Positions 41,115-51,309 of a stretch of DNA of 64,000 nt are shown piece after piece. A program made the translations under genes and the position numbers. The stretch is from the NCBI GenBank assembly GCA_017499595.2, contig CM038999.1, positions 744,001 through 808,000 on the forward strand, given 5' to 3'. Source of the stretch: Psilocybe cubensis (lineage: Eukaryota). The notes under the pieces are model-generated. The model made no database searches and had not been told where the DNA came from. It saw only the letters and a list, made by a program, of their open reading frames with translations. Positions within the stretch are counted from its first letter, which is position 1; each line of letters begins with the position of its first letter.

Positions 41115-43004
41115 CTATTCAGCGTCAACATCCTGAAGCGGATTTTCCGCATCAGAATCGGTGTCTTGTGGGCCCTCTGCGCCACCTTCAGAATCCGTTA
41201 TATGTGACCCATCTGTACCTGTTTCATCTGAATCGTCGCTGGAAGTCTCGGATTCATCATACGGATTGTCCACATCTTTGAAATCATAGAACTCTGCCAT
41301 CCGCGCCAACAGATCGACGCCATCTGGTCCTTCTACGATGAGAGTCAATCCTTTCTTTTGAAGGTCCATAAACCGAAGCCAGAGGGATTCTGGCATGTAG
41401 TCCTCCAAACTCTGATAAGTGACTCTCATCTGGACAATGATTCTCTTTAGTGGCCTTTTGGATCCATGGACAGGGAGGGTCATTGTGCCGTGATCAAGGC
41501 TTAACGTGCTGACATCGATAGGATTAGATTCACTCGAACTTGCAGGCTCGCCTGGTGGGATAATGTTAGCAAAAAGAATCCAATTTTCTTGAGCGAACAT
41601 ATTTGTCTTTATGATTAGGCATTGGAGGTTCGGTAGGACCACTGGTTCTCGATCATATGCAAGTTCGCGGAAAAAAGCGTCGATAAAATCTGACATTTCT
41701 TCTTCCAGATACAGCACGTCCTCTTCGCCTTCGCCTGTTGTTATGTCAATCTCCAAGGCGGTGAGTTGCGGGAGAGCCTTCCATTGGTCTTTCCAATCAG
41801 GGAAGGCCTCATAGTTAACATCGACTTTGTAGTTAATGCGAAAGTGATTCAAGGACGACGCGGAATGACGAAGGAAGTTGACCAGGAGGTTGTGCGCTCT
41901 TTGGAGGTCGCGAGCATCCAATTTAACATCGTAAGTCAAGGATGCTAGGCCTGGGAGACGTATATATTGAAGAAAATTATCTTCTGCTCGACATGCCTCA
42001 GTGGACAGGGATCTGATACCAGAATGTACGATGGGCGAAGAAGGCAATGGATAAGTGGATCCTCGTTCTTTGATTTTGTATGCTCTCACCACGTCCAATC
42101 TCGTTCCGTGGGCAAAGATATGAACTAGGGCATCCATCTGGATTGATTCCAGCTCGACACAACGCAGATTATCCCATCTCACAAAGGTTTGGGGGGGACA
42201 ATATTTTTCTACTTTCATGAAGGTGGGTGCCAATGCATGCTCCAGAACAATAGGTGCTAAAGGCGACTCCCCGACATCCTTTACTATTATATGAAGAAAA
42301 TGCAATCGCGTAGGTGCCGGGAGCCTGATGAATATGTCGCGCATTGCGTTTGGAGGCATAGACAACGTTAGCGTAGCCAACCGAGTTGCTTGTGACCTGA
42401 GGAGTGATAGCAGCGGTTCCAGCTCGGGAGGAAGAGAAGTGTAGCGGGATTTAAGTATTATATTCAGTGGCAAACCACCGGAACGACGCAGCCATCCTTC
42501 GATCAAGTTGAGTTTGCCGATATCCCGAGATAGATCGATAGCAACCCTCGTCCAAAGTTGCGGTGTCTTTATTGAGATATGCCTCCAATACCTACATACA
42601 CTGCCTAGCAGAAGACCTGGCTCTAACATAACTGGTCTCATAGGAGCATTTGCGGGTTTCAGCACAGTGGTAACCTGTGTCCGACTTGGTAGAGGACCGG
42701 ACGCACAGAAAACGAATATCATAGATATAATCTCCACAGGAAGACGGCCTAGCAAACTATCGTGATTATAATTGATACGTCTCTTGACTTCCGTCCGCAG
42801 TTTCACGAGTCGAGTTATCGTATTCTGTAGCACTTCGATCTGTTTATCAACAACGAGAAGGCGCGGACATGCATCGCAGACTCCCTGGAGATGGCAGCTT
42901 TGTCCGGAATAATCATGTAAGTGACGGCATGCCATAGACGAGCATTTGGTGCAAGGAGGTGGCTGCAGCATCACAAAGCGGCCAAGGAGCTGGAGATCGA
43001 CCAT
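41115..43004 (-). CDS. F-box-like domain protein with a Cys/His-rich N-terminus, coiled coil and acidic tail, 629 aa
   Basis: RLPVEIISMIF...LGSVCRYWRHISIKTPQLWTRV...WLRRSGGLPL, in a single uninterrupted ORF. Confidence 0.85.
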   Translation of the reverse strand: MVDLQLLGRFVMLQPPPCTKCSSMACRHLHDYSGQSCHLQGVCDACPRLLVVDKQIEVLQNTITRLVKLRTEVKRRINYNHDSLLGRLPVEIISMIFVFCASGPLPSRTQVTTVLKPANAPMRPVMLEPGLLLGSVCRYWRHISIKTPQLWTRVAIDLSRDIGKLNLIEGWLRRSGGLPLNIILKSRYTSLPPELEPLLSLLRSQATRLATLTLSMPPNAMRDIFIRLPAPTRLHFLHIIVKDVGESPLAPIVLEHALAPTFMKVEKYCPPQTFVRWDNLRCVELESIQMDALVHIFAHGTRLDVVRAYKIKERGSTYPLPSSPIVHSGIRSLSTEACRAEDNFLQYIRLPGLASLTYDVKLDARDLQRAHNLLVNFLRHSASSLNHFRINYKVDVNYEAFPDWKDQWKALPQLTALEIDITTGEGEEDVLYLEEEMSDFIDAFFRELAYDREPVVLPNLQCLIIKTNMFAQENWILFANIIPPGEPASSSESNPIDVSTLSLDHGTMTLPVHGSKRPLKRIIVQMRVTYQSLEDYMPESLWLRFMDLQKKGLTLIVEGPDGVDLLARMAEFYDFKDVDNPYDESETSSDDSDETGTDGSHITDSEGGAEGPQDTDSDAENPLQDVDAE

Positions 43005-44797
43005 ATTTCTGCTAATCTACGTGTATCAATCTGCTCATGTGTATCAGTGACGATTATACCAAATAGAACAGAAAATCGCACAGCAACTTTCAAATAAAAA
43101 ACCTTGTCAATGCTACTAAGCGCCCAAGTTCGACGATATTGAAAATTCCTTGCGAGTTTTAATGCCACTGATAGCAAGTGATAAAGGTGGTGTCGGAGGG
43201 ACTACAGGAGGAAAGACCTAAGAAGATTTGTACAAGCTGTGGAAATTTTCTAATGGTGCCTTTAACTGAGTGACAGAAGTCTTTATAATGGGATCATAGA
43301 ACAAAGGCCCAAATCCTTCCAAACAAAAACACGCAAAATCGCCACTAGGACCCCAGAAAGTGGACAACTCGTGGTATCGGACACGCGTTGGGTAACAAAA
43401 ATTTCCAGAAGATTTTATCCTCTTCACTGCTCCCTCTGAGAAACAATGCAGGAGGACCTCCATTCGCCGTCCAACGTTCAAAGCTTTAAGCTTTAAGCTC
43501 GGTCATTGCAATTTTAATTCAAGTGATTTTCAGAGGGTACCAAAAATGCCGTGATGAAATACCCCTGTTTCGGAAACCGATGTATACAAAGGGTTAATTA
43601 TACACACAGCAGCCTGTGTGGCAAATTCCAAAACAAATCAATAATTTGCCGAAATTTACTCTCCAGGACACCAGTGGGGTTGAACACCTTACCCAAAAAT
43701 AGGGACTTTGGGTGGCGCAAGGGCCGACCTCCCCCCTATTTTGGAAACTTGACTGATCGTGCATTGCTTCCTCTCTTCTTGAACTGAACTTCCATCTCCA
43801 TCGCTGCTAGATAACGGTGGCCAAAGTGCTGCAGTAAACTGGTCTACGGAATGCTTCTATCACCCACTTCCGATACGCGCAACCTTGTTGTGCAAGCATA
43901 CGACGGCCATCCGACATATTCGTGTTCTAAATGTTCTACTGTCATCGTTAGTACCTGTTCAAAGCTATGACGCATCTGGTCTTTACAGTTTATCGTTTCT
44001 CTTAATGCCTTGTACAATATTGAATGGTCCAATTGTGAATACGGGACATGAAAGATAGACATTGCAAGATGAAATGATCAGCAAATCATTTTCTGGACGA
44101 GATGGAAGGGGCTAGTGAGTATCCGTACTTTTTGAGATAGTCACCAACCGATAACGCAAATTTAGTCTGATGCAATCCGCAACCAACGTCAAGCTTGGAC
44201 GCAGAGAGGACCGCGCCCTTCTGTAAGCGACAATGCGATATCTACGTCTTTGCCCCTTGGTTGACCTGACCACTGGCCTTATTCTGCATAAATCGTATCA
44301 ACCATGCATATTACTTTCATGATCAAGCACTGGCGTACATACTGTCGCGGACGTATTTTGTTTAGGCTGTAACGACCGGCTTGGATGGTTTTACCACAAG
44401 GCAGCTGATCATTCACAGAAATATAAAGAGGGTTTGTACTCCCATTTCATTCCGTTGGGCAAACTTTTACGTCATCTTCGTTCTTTGACTTTGGTAGGAA
44501 AATATCTTTTAGAAAGGGAGAAACTCATAAAAGAGAACGCATGGGTCTTAGACGATCATGAAGCTACAGCCACAACAGAATAAGAGGACACTATCCTGCT
44601 TCAACTTGATCAGCCTCGACGCCTTCGCCTTCTCCCCTCGGATCTATCAGGTCTCCATGAAGTGGCAATAACTTAAAATGAATGCAATATAATACAATAT
44701 ACACTTGTCATAGTATCCGGCATCAGATACTGTCGATTGGCATAAATTAGGTCTCGGACCAAGTCAGAACTTTTCAACCATCTTGGAACATGGAGCG

Positions 44798-46867
44798 TCA
44801 AGCTTCTTCTCTAGTGATTCCAACCTTATGTGAAGCAAACCGTATCTCGCCTGGAGATAGCTCGTATGTTCCTGTGGCCGTTTCTTCGGTGTCCTGTTAG
44901 AGAGATGTTAATCCAACGGCATATCCAGGAGATGGGTTCAAAACTAGATATCACGTACTTCATGATTCCAACCGGCATCAGCGAAATCAGGGTGAATGTC
45001 CGCCGAGTTATCAAACTTCTCGCGTAAATATTCACGCGCGTTTAATCTAGTAGGTATTATAAGTTTAGCGCCCGACAAGGCCTCAAAGATATTAAAGGAA
45101 CACATACATGGACAGGAACGCGTTGAAGTATGCTGATGTGATTGATGAGATCAGAGATTAATCCAGAGACAACGGTGACTTTACTTTTCCCCAGAATGAA
45201 TCCAATTGCCCCGTATACAGTTGCATGTGGTAGGACTAGGAACTATACGGTTGGTTACATCAGTATGCGGCGAATATGTAGCTACATAAAGTCGAGAGTT
45301 CTCACAGTTACCAATCCAACAATAGACAGAATTCTGTTGGAGAGCGAAAGTCAGTCATGCCAACTTTTGAGATGGACCGTGAGTGCCGGGTTTTGGATGA
45401 ACTTACGTCGTTAGCAAATTTGTGTTGATGATGAACAGCATCAGCAGCTTGACGACGTGATCAGTCCTTCAAATTCGACTTAAGTCTGACAAACTCTTCG
45501 AAAGACACATCTGTTGGCGACATACCTTTTACTTCCAACTCGTGCTCGTTGCAAAGTCCAAGCTGAAATAAAGTGAGCATCAGTTTCTATAGTTAGGGGA
45601 CTACCGCAGGATAGCTACTGACTCATTGCTGTCGTTAGAATGATGTCATATGCTATCTGGCTTGATGTTGCGAGCTTGAAGGCCAACTAAAAGAGAGATT
45701 GAGATAGGTGAATGTCCGAGATCCAAAGTATACGCCTACCACGAAGTCGGGTGTGTTACCGGTCAAAATTTTGTGATTGAATCCATTGATAGCCAAGTCT
45801 AATGACGGATGTCAGAATCACAAACTACCGTCATATCGAGGTGGGGCGCCTTACCAACATAGCTAGCTGGTTGTTGTTTGAAAACTTTCAGTAAGATCTA
45901 TAGTGCTCAATAGACATTAAATCTCGTACCAAAGCTAAATATTGACAGAGAAATCTGTTCGTCGTCGTATCAGCAAAAATTGCAACAGAATCAGGTGATA
46001 TCAAACTGACTGTAACAGTTGTAAAAGCAATTCTTGACCGTAATCCGAAGCTTGATGCGGTGAACACCCATATACGCCAACAGAAGAACCTAATAGAAAT
46101 ACCATTCAATTTTTAAGTATAGGCGACGACCTTGACACGCTTACCATTGAATCATTACGCTGATACATGCCTAGACGAGTATGTACATTGCTTAGCTTGG
46201 AAAATATTTAGATTGAACGAATAGAAAAGAATTCTAACCAGCAGAAGAGATTCGACCTAACAAATAATTTAGCCTTTTTTGAATGGAAGGGTAGCATCTG
46301 CACATACATATATGAATCTAAATGTCGAATTAAAGTCAATGATACTTGTTTAGACAACAATTAATGAGGTGTTTACTGACACTTCAGCACTGCCAGGCCC
46401 TCCAGACGGCAGAGCGAACGGGTTCAGAAAATCGGTCACCAGGAACCGATAAAGTCCAGCCATCATTGCAGCTTGCTCCGCCGAATTCAGAGCCTAAACA
46501 ACTCCATGGATTAGCGGTATGCACGGAGAAGTTTGGTGTATGAAGTTACACTACGGTTTCAACAACGTCAGTCAAGCCTAATAGACGTAGATCCGACTAT
46601 AGAGGTACTTACAATTGCAACAAGACGAACAACTGCAACCAGATTTTATCCTTACGGCTTCGTGGACTCGTCACATATATGAAAACCTGAAGGCAGCTGA
46701 TTCCATATAGACTGCGAGAATAATCATGATATAAAACAATATTAACCGCAGTCATTTGAGACGTACATTGTTGCAAGACCTGCACCGATGTATAGCGCGC
46801 CTAGTGTTGCGTCGAATTTTGGGAATGCAAAATTTGGTGGGAGGGGGGATACCACCGTTGATGACAT
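44798..46867 (-). CDS. Multi-pass membrane protein, DUF6534-like, 19 predicted exons including a 1-nt exon
   Basis: Hand-spliced: MSSTVVSPLPPNFAFPKFDATLGALYIGAGLATILYGISCLQVFIY...KDKIWLQLFVLLQFALNSAEQ...LYRFLVTDFLNP...IQWFFCWRIW...DIILTTAM...RTDHVVKLLMLFIINTNLLT...KTYFNAFLSILNAREYLR...REEA*. All introns are GT-AG. Not visible as a long ORF. Confidence 0.82.
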
Positions 46868-47276
46868 GGCTCAGATAAGGACGACAAGGCAACAGCTCAG
46901 AGGACTATGAGAATGGCCTGCAATGGGTCTATTGCTCATATGTTCCATGGTATGCTAAGGTTAAATAACACCATTGCTACCGCTCCTTGGATAGAAATAG
47001 CATTGATGGATCGAGGGGTTAGAGAGACATGATGGATACCGCACTTCAAAAGTCATGGAAGGTCGAGCGACGGACAGGCAACTTACCCACGCGTGGGTAT
47101 GGACATTATGTGATGCCAGCGCCGTGATGCGCTCTATTAATAACTCACGAATAATTTCATCTCCTTATTCAAAAATTGTCCAATCATATTGCGTGATGAG
47201 TGCTGCAACACATCTTGTTACCTTGTACTCTTACGACCATCCTCTAACCTCCTCTACAACCTAGCTCGCTGAAACC

Positions 47277-48707
47277 ATGGTGTTTGGCGGCGCTGCTCCG
47301 TCAAAGGATTTCAATCCAGCTCGAGACCTGCCGTCAATGAAAGGCAAAGTTGTGATCGTGACAGGGTCAAGGTTAGTGTACAATCCCCACTATTACTGCA
47401 TTTCGGCTAATTGTCATGGATGAGTAGTAGCGGTATAGGTTTAGCAATTCTTCAGCATTTACTCAGACTTGGAGCTAAAGTGAGAATTAAAATATAGCGT
47501 GTACTTGGACTTACTACAGGGGGCTATTTAGGTATACATGGCTGCTCCAAACGATGAGAAGGTCAAGGAAGCGCTTGTGCGCGTCGATAAAGAAGGACGT
47601 GAACCTGGTCTTGGAGAGGTCATCTGGCATGAACTCGACCTCTCAGATCCACGAGGAGCGAAATCAGCGGCAGAGCAATTCATGGAGAAAGAAACTCGAT
47701 TAGATATTCTCAGTAAGTAAGGCTTTCTCTCTCTCAAGCTCTCGCCAATCAATATTCCGCAGTCAATAATGCAGCACAGTGCGCTGATCTTCTTTGAATT
47801 AATCACACGGATATTGACCCTAATTCATTGGAAACTAATTTTAGGATAACTGACCTCGGTAACCCCAAACTCAATGCGGATGGTGTTCAGTTTAACATGG
47901 CAATAAAGTGGGCTATTTACAAATATCCTTAGGCCACACCTATCTAACATCTCTTAGCTACCTAGGACCATTTGTTTTCACCCAAACTCTTCTCCCGCTC
48001 CTGGAGTCGACAGCGGCGAATGGGGACGATGTCCGGATCGTAAATGTAGGGTTTGATCCATATATCGTTCGTCATTGGAGACCGATCTATTTTGATGGAT
48101 AGGTTGGCTCAGATGGACACAAAGATGTCAAATTTCTCGACTACGGCTCCATTGAGGCCTGGAACCACAAATTCCGGTGGACTCTGCTCCCGACGCTCGA
48201 GCGGTACAGTAAGTCGCCGGCTTTACTCGACTCCTGATGATGTCAGTAACACCGATTATGGGCAGAATACTCCAAGCTTGCTGTGCATTTATGGACCAAC
48301 AATCTCACAAAACGTCTCACTGCGTCCAATTCCAAAGTGATGGTTCTTCTGGCGCATCCTGGCGCCATTCTAAGTGTATATTTATTTCTAAATTCCTTGA
48401 ACATTGAGCTACCAGCTCACTTCAGTTTGATACACAGGATGGCGCAATACGGTCTCTGAAAACTTTACCTCTTCCCCGCTTTTGGATATGGCTCATGGGT
48501 ACAATGATGTACTCTCAAGAACTGGGTGCCCATACATCCGTGTTTGCCGCATGTGCTCCTCGAGATAATGCTGAAATATCCCATGGAGCGTATATTTTTC
48601 CACCCAATATTGCGCGGACCCAAGCTCCAGCGGCTCTCGATGAACAAAAGCAGCAACAGCTATTTCTCTTCACAGAGGAGTTGTTGAAAAGCATAGGTCT
48701 TTCATAA
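47277..48707 (+). CDS. Short-chain dehydrogenase/reductase (retinol-dehydrogenase-like subgroup)
   Basis: DLPSMKGKVVIVTGSSSGIG (TGxxxGxG), RLDILINNAA, NYLGPFVFTQTLLPLL, RIVNVGS, YKYSK (YxxxK), HPGAI. About 9 exons. Confidence 0.9.
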
Positions 48708-49734
48708 TCGGCCTCAAACTGTTTCGGAGTTCAATTGAGCATGTACATTATTTATTGTTTCTGAAGGTTCCTTTTTCAAGTAGACATTCCCAGCAAAGAT
48801 TCCATTTAGCGCAGATCATGATTAATCTACGCGCGTCGCGCGCTTAACTGCTCAAGCACCCACAGCTCACAGATCAATCACCACGCCTTCACGCAACTTC
48901 CACGCGTCTAAATTTTCTACGATTACTTTTCTGAGAGATATAGCAAACTTCCAGGTTGCCCAATTATTACTGCTCATGTCTGGTAGATTTGGTTTTCAGG
49001 ATTTGTGCCGATAATGCCGCAATAGACTCCGTTCTCCGATTCAACGATAAATTAATATAAATTATAATTAATATCTTTACAATGAAGTTATTTAGTTAAC
49101 CGAACTGTTGCTTGCTGATCCTCTAACTCTCCGTCGAATTTGCTCAGTCCTTGCTCAGTCCCCTCACCTCTGATGTATCAATGCGCTGATAAAGCTCTCC
49201 ACTGCTATCTTGGTACTTAAATTAATCGTGTACCTTGGCCTTCGAAGTCCACTGTAGTACCATCTGGACTCAGAACGCCTGGCATGTTTCACGACTATCT
49301 GTCAGGTATGAAGTTTCATTTTCTTTTTGATAGATGACCGTGAACTTAATCACTACAGTTACTTATATCTCAATAGAATGCTTTACCATCCGCCCTTTTT
49401 ATGAGTGTATAGATCACTACCTGTCCCTGGGGCGTGTTCCTACAGCTTCACCGATCATGTCGTCCAAGCCTTAGTTCTTGTTGAATTCAAATACAAGACT
49501 GCAGAATACACGTCACATCCGTCGATGCCTACCATGTACATCCACTGCTTCGTATCGAGAAGACTCTCGACCAATACATTGACGATTCATATACGAGGGC
49601 TGGGCGACGGTGATTATTCCCCTCACATCTCTTAGGCTGGTTCAAAGCTTTGGGATCCCGATGCCTATCATGCTTCGAAAGCGTATAAAGAGGATAAATA
49701 GCATAGGTTGCAGCATCAACTGCGAGAGACGAGA

Positions 49735-50927
49735 ATGCGCGCTTTTATCATTACGCTTACTCTTGCCCACCTTTATACCCAAATATTGGTAAACCCGTAA
49801 TCTGTCCTATTTTTCTGCATCAACTCATGCATATTGCATGAAGGCCAATCCATTGGCTCAATCTCTCAAAACTAGGCAAGCTCCAGGTATAAAGCAAACA
49901 GTTGGGACATGGCTTTATAAAGGCTGTTATAAGTAAGGCATATTTCTTTCTATGATATGACTAGCAACAAACAGTTTGGTTTAGGGACTTCGGGCCACGA
50001 ATTCTTGCATTCCGATTTGATGTTCCAGGTGGAAACAGTGCCGAACGTTGTACAGCCATCTGCAATGGCCATGGATACGGTCTCGCTGGTCTTGAGTATG
50101 GAAGCGAATGCTGTAGGTGCTCGTAACGCTTTGAATGGCAAAAAAGACTTGAGTTTCTTCTCAATCTAGGGTGCGACAACTACATGCCGTACGGGCAGCT
50201 GATGAGCGACAGTGATTGCAGCTTTACTTGTCCAGGAGACAACACCGAGCTTTGTGGCGCCGGAAACAGAATGCTGGTGTATCAAGATTCAACTGCCACT
50301 CCTCCCAGCCCCAATACGTGCATCACATGGCGCGACGCGTCGAGCTTCATCAATAATGTCCTACAGGCTGTCCCAAAGAGTGGTTCCGGGCCTATCACGA
50401 AGCTATACGCCATACCAACAAATCCCTTCACGGATCCCCTTTATTACACAATAATTTCGGTGGGCGTTACCCTATTTGATTTATAAGCCTTTATCATTGA
50501 ATCTTGCCTTAGACCTGCCCCGCTGGGTGTCCATACACGGACTACTACAACTTTGGCTTGTATGGAAGCGTACTCCGAAGCTACAACTCGTTACCATACG
50601 CCCCAAATGTCGGCGATTCTCAGGCTTTCACGTCCCAGTCATCTGCCGTTGGATACGCCGGGTTTTGCCCAAAGGTGCTCAACATTTCCATCTATTGAAA
50701 TAAGTTTTCGGTCCTCAAAGTTATTCTAGCCAAACCCTCTTTCCTCCAATCCGTTCATCGGATATCCACTGCTTTCAGTGTCTGGGCATACAGATCTGTG
50801 GAGCCTTTGCACCAACACAACAGCGGGAGGAAGACAAGACATAGTCTACTCTCCAGTTGTCAACCATCCTCATTATGTCAAGTCTGCTTGTCAGGATGTA
50901 TGGATTCAGATTGTTCCGTATTCTTAG
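49735..50927 (+). CDS. Secreted WSC-domain protein (5 exons or more)
   Basis: Signal peptide MRAFIITLTLAHLYTQILA; WSC motif WLYKGCY...CTAIC...YGLAGLEYGSECWC...CSFTCPGDNTELCGAGNRMLVY. Cys-containing C-terminal domain with no TM. Confidence 0.88.
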
Positions 50928-51309
50928 TTCTGCTATGTAGATGCTTCCTCCGTAGTTATTGGTCTGTGAAGCAACGATAGCGTTGAGCACGCGATTTCAA
51001 TTGTTTTACAATAGTAGCACAAAAGTATAGGTACAAAGGAAATAAAAAAAATGTTAAAGTGGGTTAGAAAATAAGATGCTGACAACCCAAATACAAGCAG
51101 AAACGATACATAAACGTACACGCGTTGTCTACTAAAAAAGTACAGACAAAAAACAATTAACCGAGAAAGAGGAAATTCCAAAGCAATATAACAAAGCGAG
51201 AGATAGTAATAATGATGATGGATGACAAAATGAACGAATACATAATAATGATGTGGGGATAGAAACGGTGTAGGAAATAAAATAAAATATGAAGCGGTAA
51301 TTAAGGACG

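Noticed and set aside
46493-46612. Stwintron reading, with an internal GTGTAA...TAG intron splitting the acceptor TA|G of an outer intron
   Set aside because: It is geometrically possible, but it yields the frame FSEFGGASC...WQC*, which is non-homologous and terminates. The 1-nt exon model gives the family frame.
49140-49161. 11-bp tandem duplication TTGCTCAGTCC
   Set aside because: Only two copies with no associated element; most likely replication slippage.
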